Shown: piece by piece, positions 47,099 through 60,806 of the stretch
Numbering within the stretch: position 1 is the stretch's first letter
How the letters are laid out: every line of letters starts with the position of its first letter
Assembly: GCA_000004695.1 (NCBI GenBank)
Contig: CM000154.2
Span: 4,352,001-4,416,000 of the forward strand
Direction: 5' to 3'
DNA length: 64,000 nt
Origin: Dictyostelium discoideum
Taxonomy: Eukaryota
Made by a program: the position numbers and the translations under genes
Notes under the pieces: model-generated
What the model was told of the DNA's origin: nothing
Seen by the model: only the letters and a program-made list of their open reading frames with translations
Database searches by the model: none

Positions 47099-47614
47099 GG
47101 GTGTGTGGGTTGGTTGGAAAAAAAAAAAAAATGAAATTTCGAAAAGATTGGAATTGATTGAATATTGAAATTGATTTTTATAAATATATACCTGAAAAGA
47201 ATAAAAAATTAAAAACTGGTGAACAAACCACTTGATCAATTGTCAATTTTATAAAAGCATGTCTATATGATTTTTTAGGAAAATGTTTATCTAAATATTT
47301 AAACCAATAATGAAATAGTGGACCTGTAACAGCGAATCCAAACACTGCCATTCTCATTGACCTTTTGAAATCATATTTTTTATCTTTGTCTCTACTTAGT
47401 TCAATACCTTGTACTAATGAATCTGATATTAAATATAAAAAACCTGAAGTTACCGCCTAATAATAATAATAATAATAATAAAAATTAGTATTGGGAGAGA
47501 GAAAAAAAAAAAAAAAATAAACTTTATAATTACCTTTGTAGCCACTGGATATTTATGTAGTTGTGAAAGATAATGTGATTGAGCTAATTTTAAACCTACT
47601 AGTAATCGACTCAT
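46765..47614 (-). CDS. Mpv17/PMP22 (Sym1) family peroxisomal/mitochondrial membrane protein of about 185 aa. Three exons: 47614..47534, 47456..47192 and 46976..46765.
   Basis: Exon 3 carries the family motif ..DCVVWPFINFVNFAYISSIHRVTF.N..NIGWGAFLAKM (W-P-x-x-x-NF). Exon 2 reads ..GFLYLISDSLVQ..AVTGPLFHYWFKYLDKHFP... Exon 1 reads MSRLLVGLKLAQSHYLSQLHKYPVATK and ends at the donor aag|GTAATT. Intron 1 ends at TTAG and intron 2 at TTAG. Only exon 3 is in the ORF track. Confidence 0.6.
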
Positions 47615-48064
47615 TACTATTTTATTATTATTATTATTATAATTATTATTATTATTATTATTATTAAAATTTAATTTAATTTAATTATATTTTTATATTT
47701 ATATTTATAATATTTTTTTGTATTTATTTATTTGCTTGTTATAAATAAATTTATTTGTTTATCTTTAAATATATGTTTATTTAATTTGTTGGTTTGGTTT
47801 TTTTTCTTCTTTTAAAAGTGTGTGAGAATTTGGGGGGGGGGGGGGGAGATTTTTCAACTTGGTTAAACAAACATTTAATGCTTGAAAAAAAAAAATGTAT
47901 TGTGTGTATTTCTTAGAGCGGTCACTTTTAAAATTGAATTTTAATAATTTTAAATTATTTTAGTAATGTTACGCTGGTGTGTGCTTGACTAAAAAGGTCG
48001 AATGAAATTTGGAAAAATAATTTCAAAAAAAAAAAAAATCAAAAAAAAAAATGAAAAATTATTT

Positions 48065-48106
<42 letters not shown>

Positions 48107-48213
48107 AAAATAAAAAAAAAAAATTTGGAAAGGGTATGACATAACGATGAGCTTTTTTATTCTTTTAGCACAAAACTGCTAATTTTTGATTAAAAAGCTC
48201 ATTGCGCAACCCA

Positions 48214-48267
<54 letters not shown>

Positions 48268-49241
48268 AACTAACAAATGAATAATTTAATTATTTGATTG
48301 GGAAAGTAAATTAATTATTTATTTATTTTTTTTTTTTTTTAAAAAAAACATATATCTAAAAATATAAAAAATTCTATCAGGATTGAAAAAAAAAAAAAAA
48401 AAAAAATTAAAAAAAAAAATAATAAAAATAATTACACAAATTCTTAAAAAAAAATATATATAATTATGTCTATTTTTTTTTTTTTTTTTATGGCAACATT
48501 AAAACAACAACTATTATAATAAAAGAATCTAAAAAAAGCATTAGTGGGAAACTAACAATAAATAAAAAAATTAAAGTGAACATGTTCTTGGAATTAAAAC
48601 CTCTATTTCCTTTTTAATATAAAAAGTTATTTTCAGTATCCCTTTTTTAAAAATACTTTCACCCATACTGTGTTTTTTTTTTTTTTCTTCATTATTCATT
48701 AAATTGATTATTATAATAATCATAGAATAATATTTATCATCTAAAAACAATCATAATAAAATTAATAATTAATAATAAAAAAAAAAAAGAAAAATTAAAT
48801 TAATTCAATATGATAAAAATAGATTTTACACACCCTCTCAACAAAAACAAATCTTAATTTGAAAAAAAAAAAAAAGAATTGATTGTTCTTTTTTTTTTTT
48901 TTTAAATTAAAAAAAAAAAACTTTTTTTAATTGTGTGTGTTTGTGTTTTTATTTTTATTTTTTTATTTTTTTTCATTTTTTTTATTATTTATTATTAATC
49001 ACAATATATCTAGAAATTAATTTGTTATTATTAGAGCGAAAAAAAATGTCCATAGACAATATATATATCTTTTTTTTTTTTTTATTATTTGAAAATCAGT
49101 TTTTATTTGTTGAAACTGTGTAATGTAAATGTGAGAGATATAGGGTTAAGTTTGATTATTGATTTTTCAAACACATTAATGGGGGAGGGAGTTGATTACA
49201 ATTTTTTTTTTTTTCCTTTCATAGTAAAAAAAAACTTTATA

Positions 49242-49275
<34 letters not shown>

Positions 49276-49494
49276 CCAAAACACTCCACCAAAAATACCA
49301 CTTGAGTGTCAACACCCAATTGTATTCATCTCATCAATAAATTAATAAATAAATAATAATAAAAAATAAAATTAGACATATTATAAAGAGGATACAAAAA
49401 CTTATTATTTTATACTATTATGTTAATAATTACACACTATATTCATTAAACTAAATTAAAATTACACATTTTTGAACAAGTGGGATTTGTTGTT

Positions 49495-49543
<49 letters not shown>

Positions 49544-50330
49544 CAGAATTATTTTTTGAAATAGGGTATCTATTTATACAACATCAACATAATGGGAGCG
49601 AGAAAAAAAGAGAGAGAGATATTGATTTAATAATTATTAGAAGAAAAAAAAAAAAAAAAAACAAAAATGATGACTTCAAGTGGGGTATTTTTGTAGATAT
49701 GTGTGGTTGTTCTTTTTTTTTTTCTTTTCCTTTTTTTTTTTTTTATTTGTTTTTTTTTTTGATTTAATATGGTAAAACTCAACTCATTCATAATCATTAT
49801 TATTTTTATTATTTTTATTATTTTTTTATATTTTTTTTTTTTATATTTTTTTTTTTTTTGTGCAAGTGAGTTTGTGTTGTTTTAGTGTTTGTGTTCTTTT
49901 TTATTTATTATAACATCAAACACACTTTCAAATCCATCACTATTTTTATTATTTATTTAATAAAATAATTGATTATATACAAATATATAAAAATAAAAAA
50001 AAAAAATATTTATTTTTGGAAAAAAAAAAAAAGAAAAAAAAAATTATTTATAGAACCAATTTATTTTTTTTCATTTATCTTTTCAATTACAAATAATAAA
50101 AAACAAAGGAAAAAACCTTTTTTATAAAATAAATAAATAATTTGTTGTATTTTTATTATTATTATTTTAATTATTATTTCAATTATTTTTTTAATTATTT
50201 TTTTAATTTTTATTATTATTATTTTTATTATTTTTATTATTTTTATTATTATTGTTTTTTAATCCAATTTCCCATTTTGTATTTTTTTACGACATTGTAC
50301 AAATAGTTCACTCACTCAATCACACACATA

Positions 50331-50340
50331 CACCCACAAA
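50331..50340 (+). promoter_or_regulatory. ACCCACAA, a perfect match to the Dictyostelium upstream sequence element (DUSE) consensus [AT]CCCA[CT]AA, inside an unusual C/A-rich island (50280-50560).
   Basis: Sequence match only. No recognisable snRNA or class I RNA follows about 60 nt downstream. Confidence 0.25.
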
Positions 50341-51131
50341 AAAAAAAAAACACACACAGATTTTCACTTTCATAAATAATTTTGACAAATAGAGTAACAA
50401 GTAAGCATAACTCACATTCACATTATCAATTTTGTTAAACTTCTCATTTTTACACTATATCCTACAAAATAATCGTTATATCATATTTTTACACAATTCA
50501 CTTTAATTTTTAAACAACCACTAAAAATTTCTTTGTACTACCACAATTAATTTATCAACTTTATTTAATATATTTTATTAATTTTTTTTTTTTATTATTA
50601 TTATTTTATTTTTTTTATTTTTTTTATTTTTTTTTTTTATTACACATGTATTGAAAGGATTTATCTTCTTTTTATTTTTATAATAATTGAACAACAACAA
50701 AAACATCAAAAACATCAAAAACATAAACCCCATTTCCCACAATAAAAAATTTAAACACTCTTTTAAGAAGCCCCTTTTAAAATTTTAATTTGATTTTTAT
50801 AAATCTACATTCCCAAAAGTTTCTTTTATTTTTTTTATTTTTTTTATTTTATATTTATCATTTTTATAAAATTTCTTTTTTTGTCCATTTTTTTCCTATT
50901 TTAATATTTTTCAAATTAAAAACAATCATTTTTAATTATTTTAAATTAAAATAATTTTTTTAATTAAAAATTAAATAATTAAAATAAAAAAAAAAATAAA
51001 AAAAAAAAATTGATATAGTTTTTTTTTTTTTTTTTTTTTTTTCTTCTTTGGCCTTTCATAGTTAAATTTTTATATTACATAGAAAAAATACAACTATTAT
51101 TACTATAATCCTTATTGTTATAATAATAAAA

Positions 51132-51174
<43 letters not shown>

Positions 51175-51177
<3 letters not shown>

Positions 51178-52149
51178 TCTCAATTATTTTATTCAAAAAA
51201 TTTATTAAATAACAATAATAATATTAGTAATAATATTAGTAATAATAATACAAATAATAATAATAATAATAATAATATCAGTCCAGTCGATTTCTCATCT
51301 AATAATGATAGACCACATTTACCATCAATAACATATAATGATAATTTAAATAATAGTAATAATAATATAAATAATAATAACAATAATAACAATAATAATA
51401 GCCCTTCAATAAATGGAATACCATTTAATATTAGTTCACCAAAAATATCATCATCTTCATCAACATCTTCATCAACTTCTCCATTGCCATCACCATCATC
51501 ATTTTTTAAATATAAAAATTTTAATCAAGAAGAGTCAACAATTACTGTGCCTCCTCTTTTAGCACCACTACAATTTACAAATGATATTAAAAGAACATTA
51601 TCACCACCAAATTTTCCATATTATAATTCATTTTCATCACCATGTCCATCACCAAACCATTTTTCAGTTTCACCAAGAAATTACTCTTCACCAAGTTATC
51701 CAAGCTCACCATTAAGCTCTCCAAAATTAAATAACAACCTTTCAAATTTATGTCTTAACAACAACAATAACAATAACAACAATAACAACAACAACAATAA
51801 TAATAATAACAATAATTATAATAATAATAAAAATAATAGCATTTATAATAAAAATGAATTTTTAAATTTAAGTAGTGAATCATTATTTTCATCATCCTCT
51901 TCTTCAAATTCTTTACTATCTTCCCCATATATTAGATCAGCTTCTTCAAATTCTTCACCTCCATTATGTTCTTCACCCCCATTATGTTCTTCGCCACCAA
52001 GATTAAATTACACTGACTGCGATAGTAGAGTTAATTATTTTATTGAGGAAGAATATATAAATATTAATAATTATAATAATAATAATTATAATAATAATAA
52101 TTATAATAATAATAATAACAATAATAATAATAACAATAATAATAATAAC

Positions 52150-52203
<54 letters not shown>

Positions 52204-52402
52204 TTGTATAATAATTTTTGTAATAATAATAATAATTTAAATAATAATAATAATAATAAAAATAATAATAATTTTACTAATAATATTAATAATAATAATA
52301 TTATAAATAATAGCAATGGTAACAATCTAAATAGTGGCTGTTCTTACTCTCGTAAAAATTATAATAAACAAAATAGAAGCAATAATAAAAATAAAAATAA
52401 TC

Positions 52403-52435
<33 letters not shown>

Positions 52436-52998
52436 TTAATAATAATAATAATAAAAGGGTTCAAAAATCACCAACTTTAATTAGTCAACAATCATTAATT
52501 CCATTGATTTCCAATGGAGATGATAGCTTCACAACTGCAACAGCAGAAGAAGCAGCAGAAGCTAGAACCATGACAACAACTACAACAACAACAACAACAC
52601 CAATATTATTACCACAACCAATTTCATCTTCTTTGTCATTGTTTCAAGAGATTAAACCAAGATACCAATGTGAACATACCAATTGTTTTAAAACCTTTTC
52701 ATCGCCACAATCAAGATCAAATCATTACACTCTAAAACATGATAGTAAATGTCAAGATCCAACAACTTGTCCACAATGTATAAGAAATCAAAAAATTCAA
52801 AATTCACCAAAATCAAAATGCAGACACTTTGGTTGTGGTAAAATTTGTTCATCAGCAAATCTCGCCAAACATGAGAAAACGTCGCATCATAAAACAAATA
52901 CCTTGGAGAAATTCTCATGTACAAAATGTGATGATTTATCAAATATCTCTTGTAAAAACTCCTTACCACCTTGCTCAACAATTATTGAAAAAAAATAA
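51175..52998 (+). CDS. C2H2 zinc-finger protein of 607 aa, rich in Asn/Ser/Pro. It has at least two C-x4-C-x12-H-x4/5-H fingers near the C-terminus.
   Basis: Single ORF starting after an A30 run. The fingers are YQCEHTNCFKTFSSPQSRSNHYTLKH and CRHFGCGKICSSANLAKHEKTSHH. There are long (AAT)n/(AAC)n coding microsatellites. Confidence 0.6.
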
Positions 52999-53150
52999 AT
53001 AAAAAAAAAGAAAATCAACCTCTTTCCCAAACCTTTGTAACAACAACCAGTGCACATTTAAAAATGTAAATAGTTTACAATCATGTATCTAATTAGAATA
53101 ATTAATTATAAAAAATAAAAAAAAATAAAAAAATAAAAAAATAAAAAAAT

Positions 53151-53333
<183 letters not shown>

Positions 53334-53678
53334 TAATAGTAATATTTTAATTAAAAGTTTTGGTATTATAAAAAATTGTAAATTAAAATAAATGTTAGAA
53401 AAAAAAAAAAAAACAAATAAAAAAAATAGTGAAAAATGATTAGAAAAATTTAAAATTAATGAATTTTTTTTTTTTAAATTTCGGTGGTCACTTTATTTTA
53501 TTTTTTTTAAATTTCGGTGTTCAATTTATTTTTTTTTTTGGCAATTATTATAAATTTTAAACCTGGTTTTTTTTTTTGTTTTGTGTTTTTTAAAAAAAAT
53601 ATGCAATGAAATTCAAAAAAAAAAAAAAAAAAAATTAAAAACGAAAAATAAAAAATCAAAAAAAAAAAAAAACAAAAC

Positions 53679-54043
53679 ATGTATGGAAATAGAATATTAT
53701 TTTTCCTTATTTTATTTTCTCTTTTATGTCTTGTTAATGGTCAATTTCAATTGACAGATTTATCAAGTAATACAGATAAAATAAAATATTTAGAATCAGA
53801 TGGCTCAACATGTAATTTTAAAATTCCAATTTTAGCCAATGGTTCAGGAACTTTGAATTTTTTAAGTGAAAATACTATTCCTGCACAATGGTTTCCATAT
53901 TCATATTCATCAGGTTCTAATACTCTATTTCTAATAGAGTTTAGTTCAATAAAAAAGGGAGAAAAAGAGTTTACTATTTCAGCAGATAGTGCTCCTTCAA
54001 TTAAAATAACTTTATCATGTTTGTGTAAGCATTACTATTTTAT

Positions 54044-54091
<48 letters not shown>

Positions 54092-57000
54092 ATTAATTGA
54101 TATTTACATATTAATTTTGGTGGTGAAATTACATTTAGATCAGTATCAAGTAATCAAAGACCTATTTATTCATTATCAACATCATTCAATAATATTCAAA
54201 TTTATGTATCACCAAGACCAATCTCTGGTAATGCAAATAATATTACCTACATAGTTTATTGCCCTCGTTTTGAAAAAAGTGGAAAACAAGTATATAATTT
54301 AAACTCATTTTTACCATTTGGTAATGCTACTATATCAACAATAAGTATAGTATAGATATCCAATTATATATATTTTTAAGTATAAATACTAACAAAAAAA
54401 AAAAAAAAAAATTAATAGGTAAATTTTATAATACTCTAAGTATTTTTAATAATAATTCAGCAAATATAATTTCAAATAATCAAATAGGTGAAGCATCATT
54501 TGATCTTTCATTTGAAAATTTAAAAGGTTACGATTTTAAAACATATCAATACCAATTTAAATCAGGATCATCTATATATTCAGCATTTCCATTTGGATTT
54601 AAGAGTGGAAATAATTCAAAATTTAATTATTTAGCATCGTTTTTAACATCTAATCAGTCAAGTAATCCCACTTCGGAATTAAAAGTTGATGAAATTACAT
54701 TTCAAGTAACTCCTAATCAATTGGTTCTCACAACAGATGATACTCTCCGTATTGAAGATTTAAGATTTTTAGAAGCCACCAATTTTAAATTTGTAATTAG
54801 AATTATAGCTGGTAGTAAATATTTAGTAAAATACTTTATTATACCATTAAAAAATGGTTTAAATATAAAGATTGACAATAGTAATGTTATTTCTCAAAAT
54901 TTATTACTTGGAATTTGGGAATATATTTTCGATGCTTTTTCATATGGAACTGATTTTGAAGGTAATATTATTATCTATAATTTCAATGATCAACAAAAAT
55001 CATATTCATTAGGATATCCATATGATGCAAAAAAACCTAACAATATTTTATCATTACCAAAAACTGATCTATCAAGTAAGTATACTTTATTAATTTTATA
55101 AAATTATTATTAAAAAAAATTTAATTCTAATTAAAAAATTTATTATTATAATTAAAAGATTGTAATTATTTACAAGATATTAAAAATATTTCATTTTTAA
55201 ATAATAATATTGATTTAACTAATCAAAATGTTGATAATATGATATATTTTTCATTTGGAAATAATAATAATAATTATATTACAAAATCAATTGGATTTTC
55301 ATTAACTGACCCAAAATCATTAAGAGATCAAGGTTTTAATGGTGATATTTCAAAGTATTACAATACAAAATTAACATTTGCAAAATTTGATTCAATTAAT
55401 AATAGATTTAGTGCACCATTTAAAATGCCAGCCAATATAGTACCAGGTCAGTTGGATTATACTATAATATTTGATAGAGATAATATTATTCCAAGTGTAG
55501 CATTACCAATGGAGTATCAATTAAATGTTACAAGTTCAAATGTTGATATTCAAGGACCAATGATAACAAATATAATTTATAATTATAATTCAATTTCTTT
55601 TGGTTGGACAATTACAATTGAAGACTCAATAAATGGTTTTGATAGTGGTTATATTCTAATTAGAGGTGTAATTGATAATTCATTATACAATATTTCATTC
55701 TCAAATAGGGATGGTAAAAATGGTAATAATAAATTTAAAAACAATTATGATATTCTAATAGAATTAGATAAAACTCATAAGTGTACATCACAAAATTATT
55801 CAATCAATTATGTTTATTTAGTTGACACATTTGGTAATGAAGCAACATTTTATAAACATGCAACTGATATACAATTAAATAAAATGGTTTATAATTCGGA
55901 TTCAACTGGTAATCCATTAATAAATTTTATAAATCAACAAAATTTATTTAGTATTTTATCACCAGATTATTGCAACTCTCCTCAAGTTGATTCAACAATT
56001 ACTTTACTTAGTTTTAATACAACCACTACTGAAATAGATGCTGGTTCAATTAATAGATCTGTAACATTTGATTTTGAAGTACAAGATTCTGTTTGGGGTT
56101 TAAAAAAAGATCAATATCCAATGGTTTATTTAATTTCTCAAGATTTTAAATCGGTTCAATGTGTCTCTAAAATTGTATCTTTAAATGATTTTAAAGGTGT
56201 TTATCAATGTACTTTTGATCAATTACCACTAGGTTTTGGCTTTCCAAATGGTTTGAGTATATCAGTTTATGGTTTCATTAATAATGGTGGTCAATTTTAT
56301 GGTTTCTCATCATCAATGTTAAAGAGTTTAGGTTTTAAAAATTTTATAAGTGTTTTACACTATAATCCAAATTTAATATTCATTACTGGTACAAGTGAGG
56401 TAACTGAATTAGATAGTGAATTCTTAATTTATGGAACTGCACTCACAAATGTTATTACAGCTAGAATAACTCTTTCAAATGGTACTCTTATAGAATGCCC
56501 TTGTAAAAGTACTTTTAATAGTATTCTCAAAGTTTTATTTTTCCCAATTGGTATTAAAGATCCTTTTACAATTACACTAAATGGAGTTTTAAATGATTAT
56601 TCAAATGTTTACCCGGTTACACCAATTCAATATAATTTCAAATATGAACCAATAATAACTGAAACTCCAATAGTTACATACCCACCTCAAAAATGTAAAG
56701 GCTCACCAGAATGTGGTGGTACATCCAATGGTTATTGTTCCAATTCAGGTTGTATTTGTTATTCACCATGGTTTGGAATTGATTGTACATCTCAAATTAT
56801 AACAGTAGCTCCACCATTGATTGATACTGATAAACCAATAACATCAATTGATGTACCAAAAGATTCAAATGGTAATAATATAAAATCAATTATATCAATT
56901 GTTGCATTAAGAGAAATTAATTCAGTAACAAATGAACAAATTAAAATTCACTATTTTGAAAAATGGATTTATAAAAATATCTCCTCAACGATTTCACAAT

Positions 57001-57722
57001 ATACAAGTAATATTACAAATGGTGATGGTGATGATGGTAAGCCAATAACCACTACAACCATCACAGCAACTTTAGAATGGTTTTCAGAGAGTAGAAATAT
57101 TTCTTTCGCAAATCAACAATTAATTATGAATCCATCAAGTATGAAATATACCATAGAACTTTCATCATATGCTTTTTCAAATTCATTATCAAATTTACAA
57201 GTGGTAATGTCTGCTCAAATTCAATCAAACCAAAAAAATATTTGTTCAGATAAAGATTTTGGAAATACTACAATGGAAAATTCAAACTATATAAAATTAC
57301 AAGTCGCATCTAATAGTTTCTATGGAAGATATATTAAACGTGGTATTGTTGATGGTAAATTCATTACGGTTGAAAATGAAATTTTAGATTCAAAATTTAA
57401 TGCAATTCAAAGTGAAAATACTGCTCAAACTTTTATTGGTATTTTAATTGGAAGATATGTAAATTATGCTATTATAGATCCAGACTTTTCAATATTAATT
57501 GAATCAAACTCTGCCAATTCCAATTCTCCAAATTCAATTTGTTCAGCATCAAATTCAACAAAAGTTTCAACTGGACAACTTATTGGTATAATCATTGGTT
57601 CTTTTATTGCTTTCTTATCATTGTTAATAATTGTTTTATTCCTTATGTATAAATCTCCTCATTGTTTATTTTTTAAAATTTTTATTTATAAAATTACTAA
57701 AAAGTCAAAAATAAATAAATAA
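53679..57722 (+). CDS. Large type-I transmembrane glycoprotein of about 1250 aa. It has a signal peptide, many N-glycosylation sequons, an EGF-like Cys cluster and a C-terminal transmembrane segment with a short tail. Four exons: 53679..54024, 54144..54344, 54419..55075 and 55159..57722. The boundaries of intron 1 are uncertain.
   Basis: The track ORFs 53679.., 54721.. and 55239.. join in frame. The donors are t|GTAAGC (54025), a|GTATAG (54345) and a|GTAAGT (55076). The acceptors are CAG (54143; an alternative is TTTAG at 54138 combined with a GTGTAA donor), TAG (54418) and AAG (55158). The EGF-like cluster is CKGSPECGGTSNGYCSNSGCICYSPWFGIDC. The transmembrane segment is LIGIIIGSFIAFLSLLIIVLFLMY. 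Confidence 0.5.
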
Positions 57723-58175
57723 AATTTGTTTAGATATAAATATATTAATATTTTTGTTTATGTAAAAAAAAAAAAAAAAAAAAAGAATATGTTATTTATT
57801 TTTTTTTTTTGAAATTCAAGTTAAGGTTTTATTATTCTGTTTGTTTTGTTCTACTAAAATAATCAAAACTATTAGATGATATATTTTAGTAAATTTTTAA
57901 TTCTAATCTGTTGGTTTTGTTTTTTTTTTTTGTTTGCCAGTAGGGCTTATAATTTTTTTTTTTTTTTTTTTTTTTTTAAAGATTTTAATTATTAATTATT
58001 ACGAGTCTGTTTTTATGGAATTTATCGCGATTTGAATAATTTGTTCTGTTTATTTGTTCTGTTCATTGTTTCTGTTATTTTCTTCTGTTGTTTTTTTTAA
58101 CTTTTTCTTTTTTTCTTTTTTTTTTTTTCTTTTTTTATATATATATGATTCGGTTGGGTATTATTTGATTTCAAG

Positions 58176-58335
<160 letters not shown>

Positions 58336-58370
58336 CTTTCTTTCTTTTTTTCTTTTTTTTTTTTTTTTTT

Positions 58371-60340
58371 TTATACAATAATACGAAGATTTGTATTAAG
58401 ATTATTATTTCTATTATTAGAACCACGATTACGACCTCTAGTTACATATAAGACTGATACAATAGTTGTTGAGGTTGGAGGGTAAAAATAAGAATCTAAA
58501 TTAACCAAATAACTACGAAGCAATAACTCTTTCATGAACTGTACACCTTGAGTATTGATATTGTTATGGTTTAATTGTATTGAAGCCAATGATTGATTGT
58601 ACCATAGAGCTTCACATAAGGCTTTAGCACCATCATTTGTGATACCATTACCAGAAAGGTTTAATTCAGTGATTGATTGATTTTGTTTTAATGAATCACT
58701 TAGAGCTCTACAACCTTCATCACCAATTTCATTTCCACGTAATTGAAGATCGGTGATTGTTGAATTTTGACGTAATGCTTCACCCAAACGTTTTGCACCA
58801 ATTGGACCCAATCCATTGGTACACATTGAAAGTTTTGAGATTTTCTTATTCATTGCTAAACCCTCAGCTATATGAATTGCACCAAGGTGACCAATTTCAG
58901 GATTGATTGAGAGATCTAGTATCTCTAAAGATCTATTTGTTTTCAAAGCATTACCAAGTGAAGTGGCACCGCTTGCACCAATATTATTGAAAGCCAATGA
59001 TAAATTAATGATTGAATGATTTTGAGCTAGAGCATCCCCCAATTGAACGGCACCTTTATCACCGATTGAATCACCGGTCAAATCGAGATAGGTTATAGAT
59101 TGACACATGGATAAAGCGGCAGCCAATGGTTTTAAACCTTTGTAATTGAATTCGTTTCTTGACATATCGAGATAGGCAATCGTTTGACTGGCTTGAATAC
59201 CTTCGGAGATATATTTCATACTTTCGGGTGATAGTTTAGTATCACATAAATTTACAGAAGCAAGACAAGGATGTTTTCTAATGGCTTCACCAACGTATTT
59301 CGAACTCTTTTCATTGAGATCATTCTTTGAAAAGTCAACCTCTGTTAGTGAACTATTCTTACCAATGGATTCCACGATGAAATCGATACCTTTGGCGCCG
59401 AATCTATTTTTAGAGAGATTAATGGTTTGTAGGATCGTAGTGGATTGAAGTGCTTGACCCAATGCTTTTGAGCCTTTGAGACCAATACAATTTTGTGAAA
59501 GATCCAAATTGATTAGGGTGGTATTTACCAATATCGCTTTGGAGATCTCTTCGGCACCCTCATTACCAATGGAATTAAAACTCAAATTCAAATGAGTGAT
59601 GGTTTTATTTGCCAACAAACATTCACCAATACAATGTGCTGCTTTATTTCCAATACCATTTTGTGAGAGTTCCAATGTCGTGATTGTGGTATTTTTGGTT
59701 AATAACATCCTAACAAAACTTGATACATCGAAAAGGGTAGGTGTTGATACCTTTAGTTGAAGGTTTATTAAATTTGGATATACATTATTTGAAAGATTAC
59801 GAAATAAATTGGTAATACTACGATCTGGTGGTAATTGATAGGTATAATTAACTAATCTTCCAACTGATATCTTTCTCCATTTACTACATACACTACATAT
59901 GTTTGTAAAATTTTGTGAATTTGGTTCATCTTTATGTGCTTTACCCAAAATATTGGAAATAATAATATCTGCTAATGATCCAATAAATGGTGGTCTTTCT
60001 CCTGGTTTTAATAATATTTCTGGTGTTTCATATGTTATATTATTTGGTGCTGATTGATTATTATTATTATTATTATTATTAGGCGGAGTGGTTGATGATG
60101 TAACCCGTGGTGATTGGTTTGATGCACTACTTCCACTTCCTGCCATTAAATTACTTGATGATGATGATGTCGACTCCTCAATCGAATCTGAATTTGTTAA
60201 ATTTGTTATTGAATTATCGTTTTTATTAAAATTATTGTTATTATGGTGACTTATTTGTGGCGATGATGTTGGTTCTTGTTGATTACCATTCCCTTGGTTA
60301 TTATTGTGGTTATTATAATTATTGCTATTATTATTATTAC

Positions 60341-60380
<40 letters not shown>

Positions 60381-60806
60381 GTTATTATTACTATTATTAT
60401 TTGATTGGAAATGATAATTTTGTAAATGTTGATGAATATGGTGTTGTTGCATATGATTTATTGGGTGATTATTGTTATTACTATTATTATTATTACTATT
60501 ATTAATATTATTATTATTACTATTATTATTACTATTATTATTGTTGTTATTATTACTATTATTATTATTATTATTATTGTTATTATTGTTATTATTATTA
60601 CTATTACTATTACTATTACTATTACTATTACTATTACTATTACTATTACTATTATTATTATTATTATTATTATTATTTTTATCCAAACCAGGTTGGTGAT
60701 ATGATGCTTGATCTGAAATATCTATATCCTCTTTTTTTATTTGCGTCTCTAAATTGTTTGATTGATCTTGTCCTGATATAAAATAAAATTGATGATCAAC
60801 ATTCAT
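58371..60806 (-). CDS. Leucine-rich-repeat protein of the ribonuclease-inhibitor/RanGAP type, 811 aa, with an Asn/Ser-rich N-terminal half.
   Basis: There are more than 12 consecutive 28-aa repeats of the form L..L.LS.N.IG..GA..L..AL..N (for example TLELSQNGIGNKAAHCIGECLLANKTITHLNLSFNSIGNEGAEEIS). It is a single minus-strand ORF. A possible extra 5' mini-exon is described in the findings. Confidence 0.7.
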
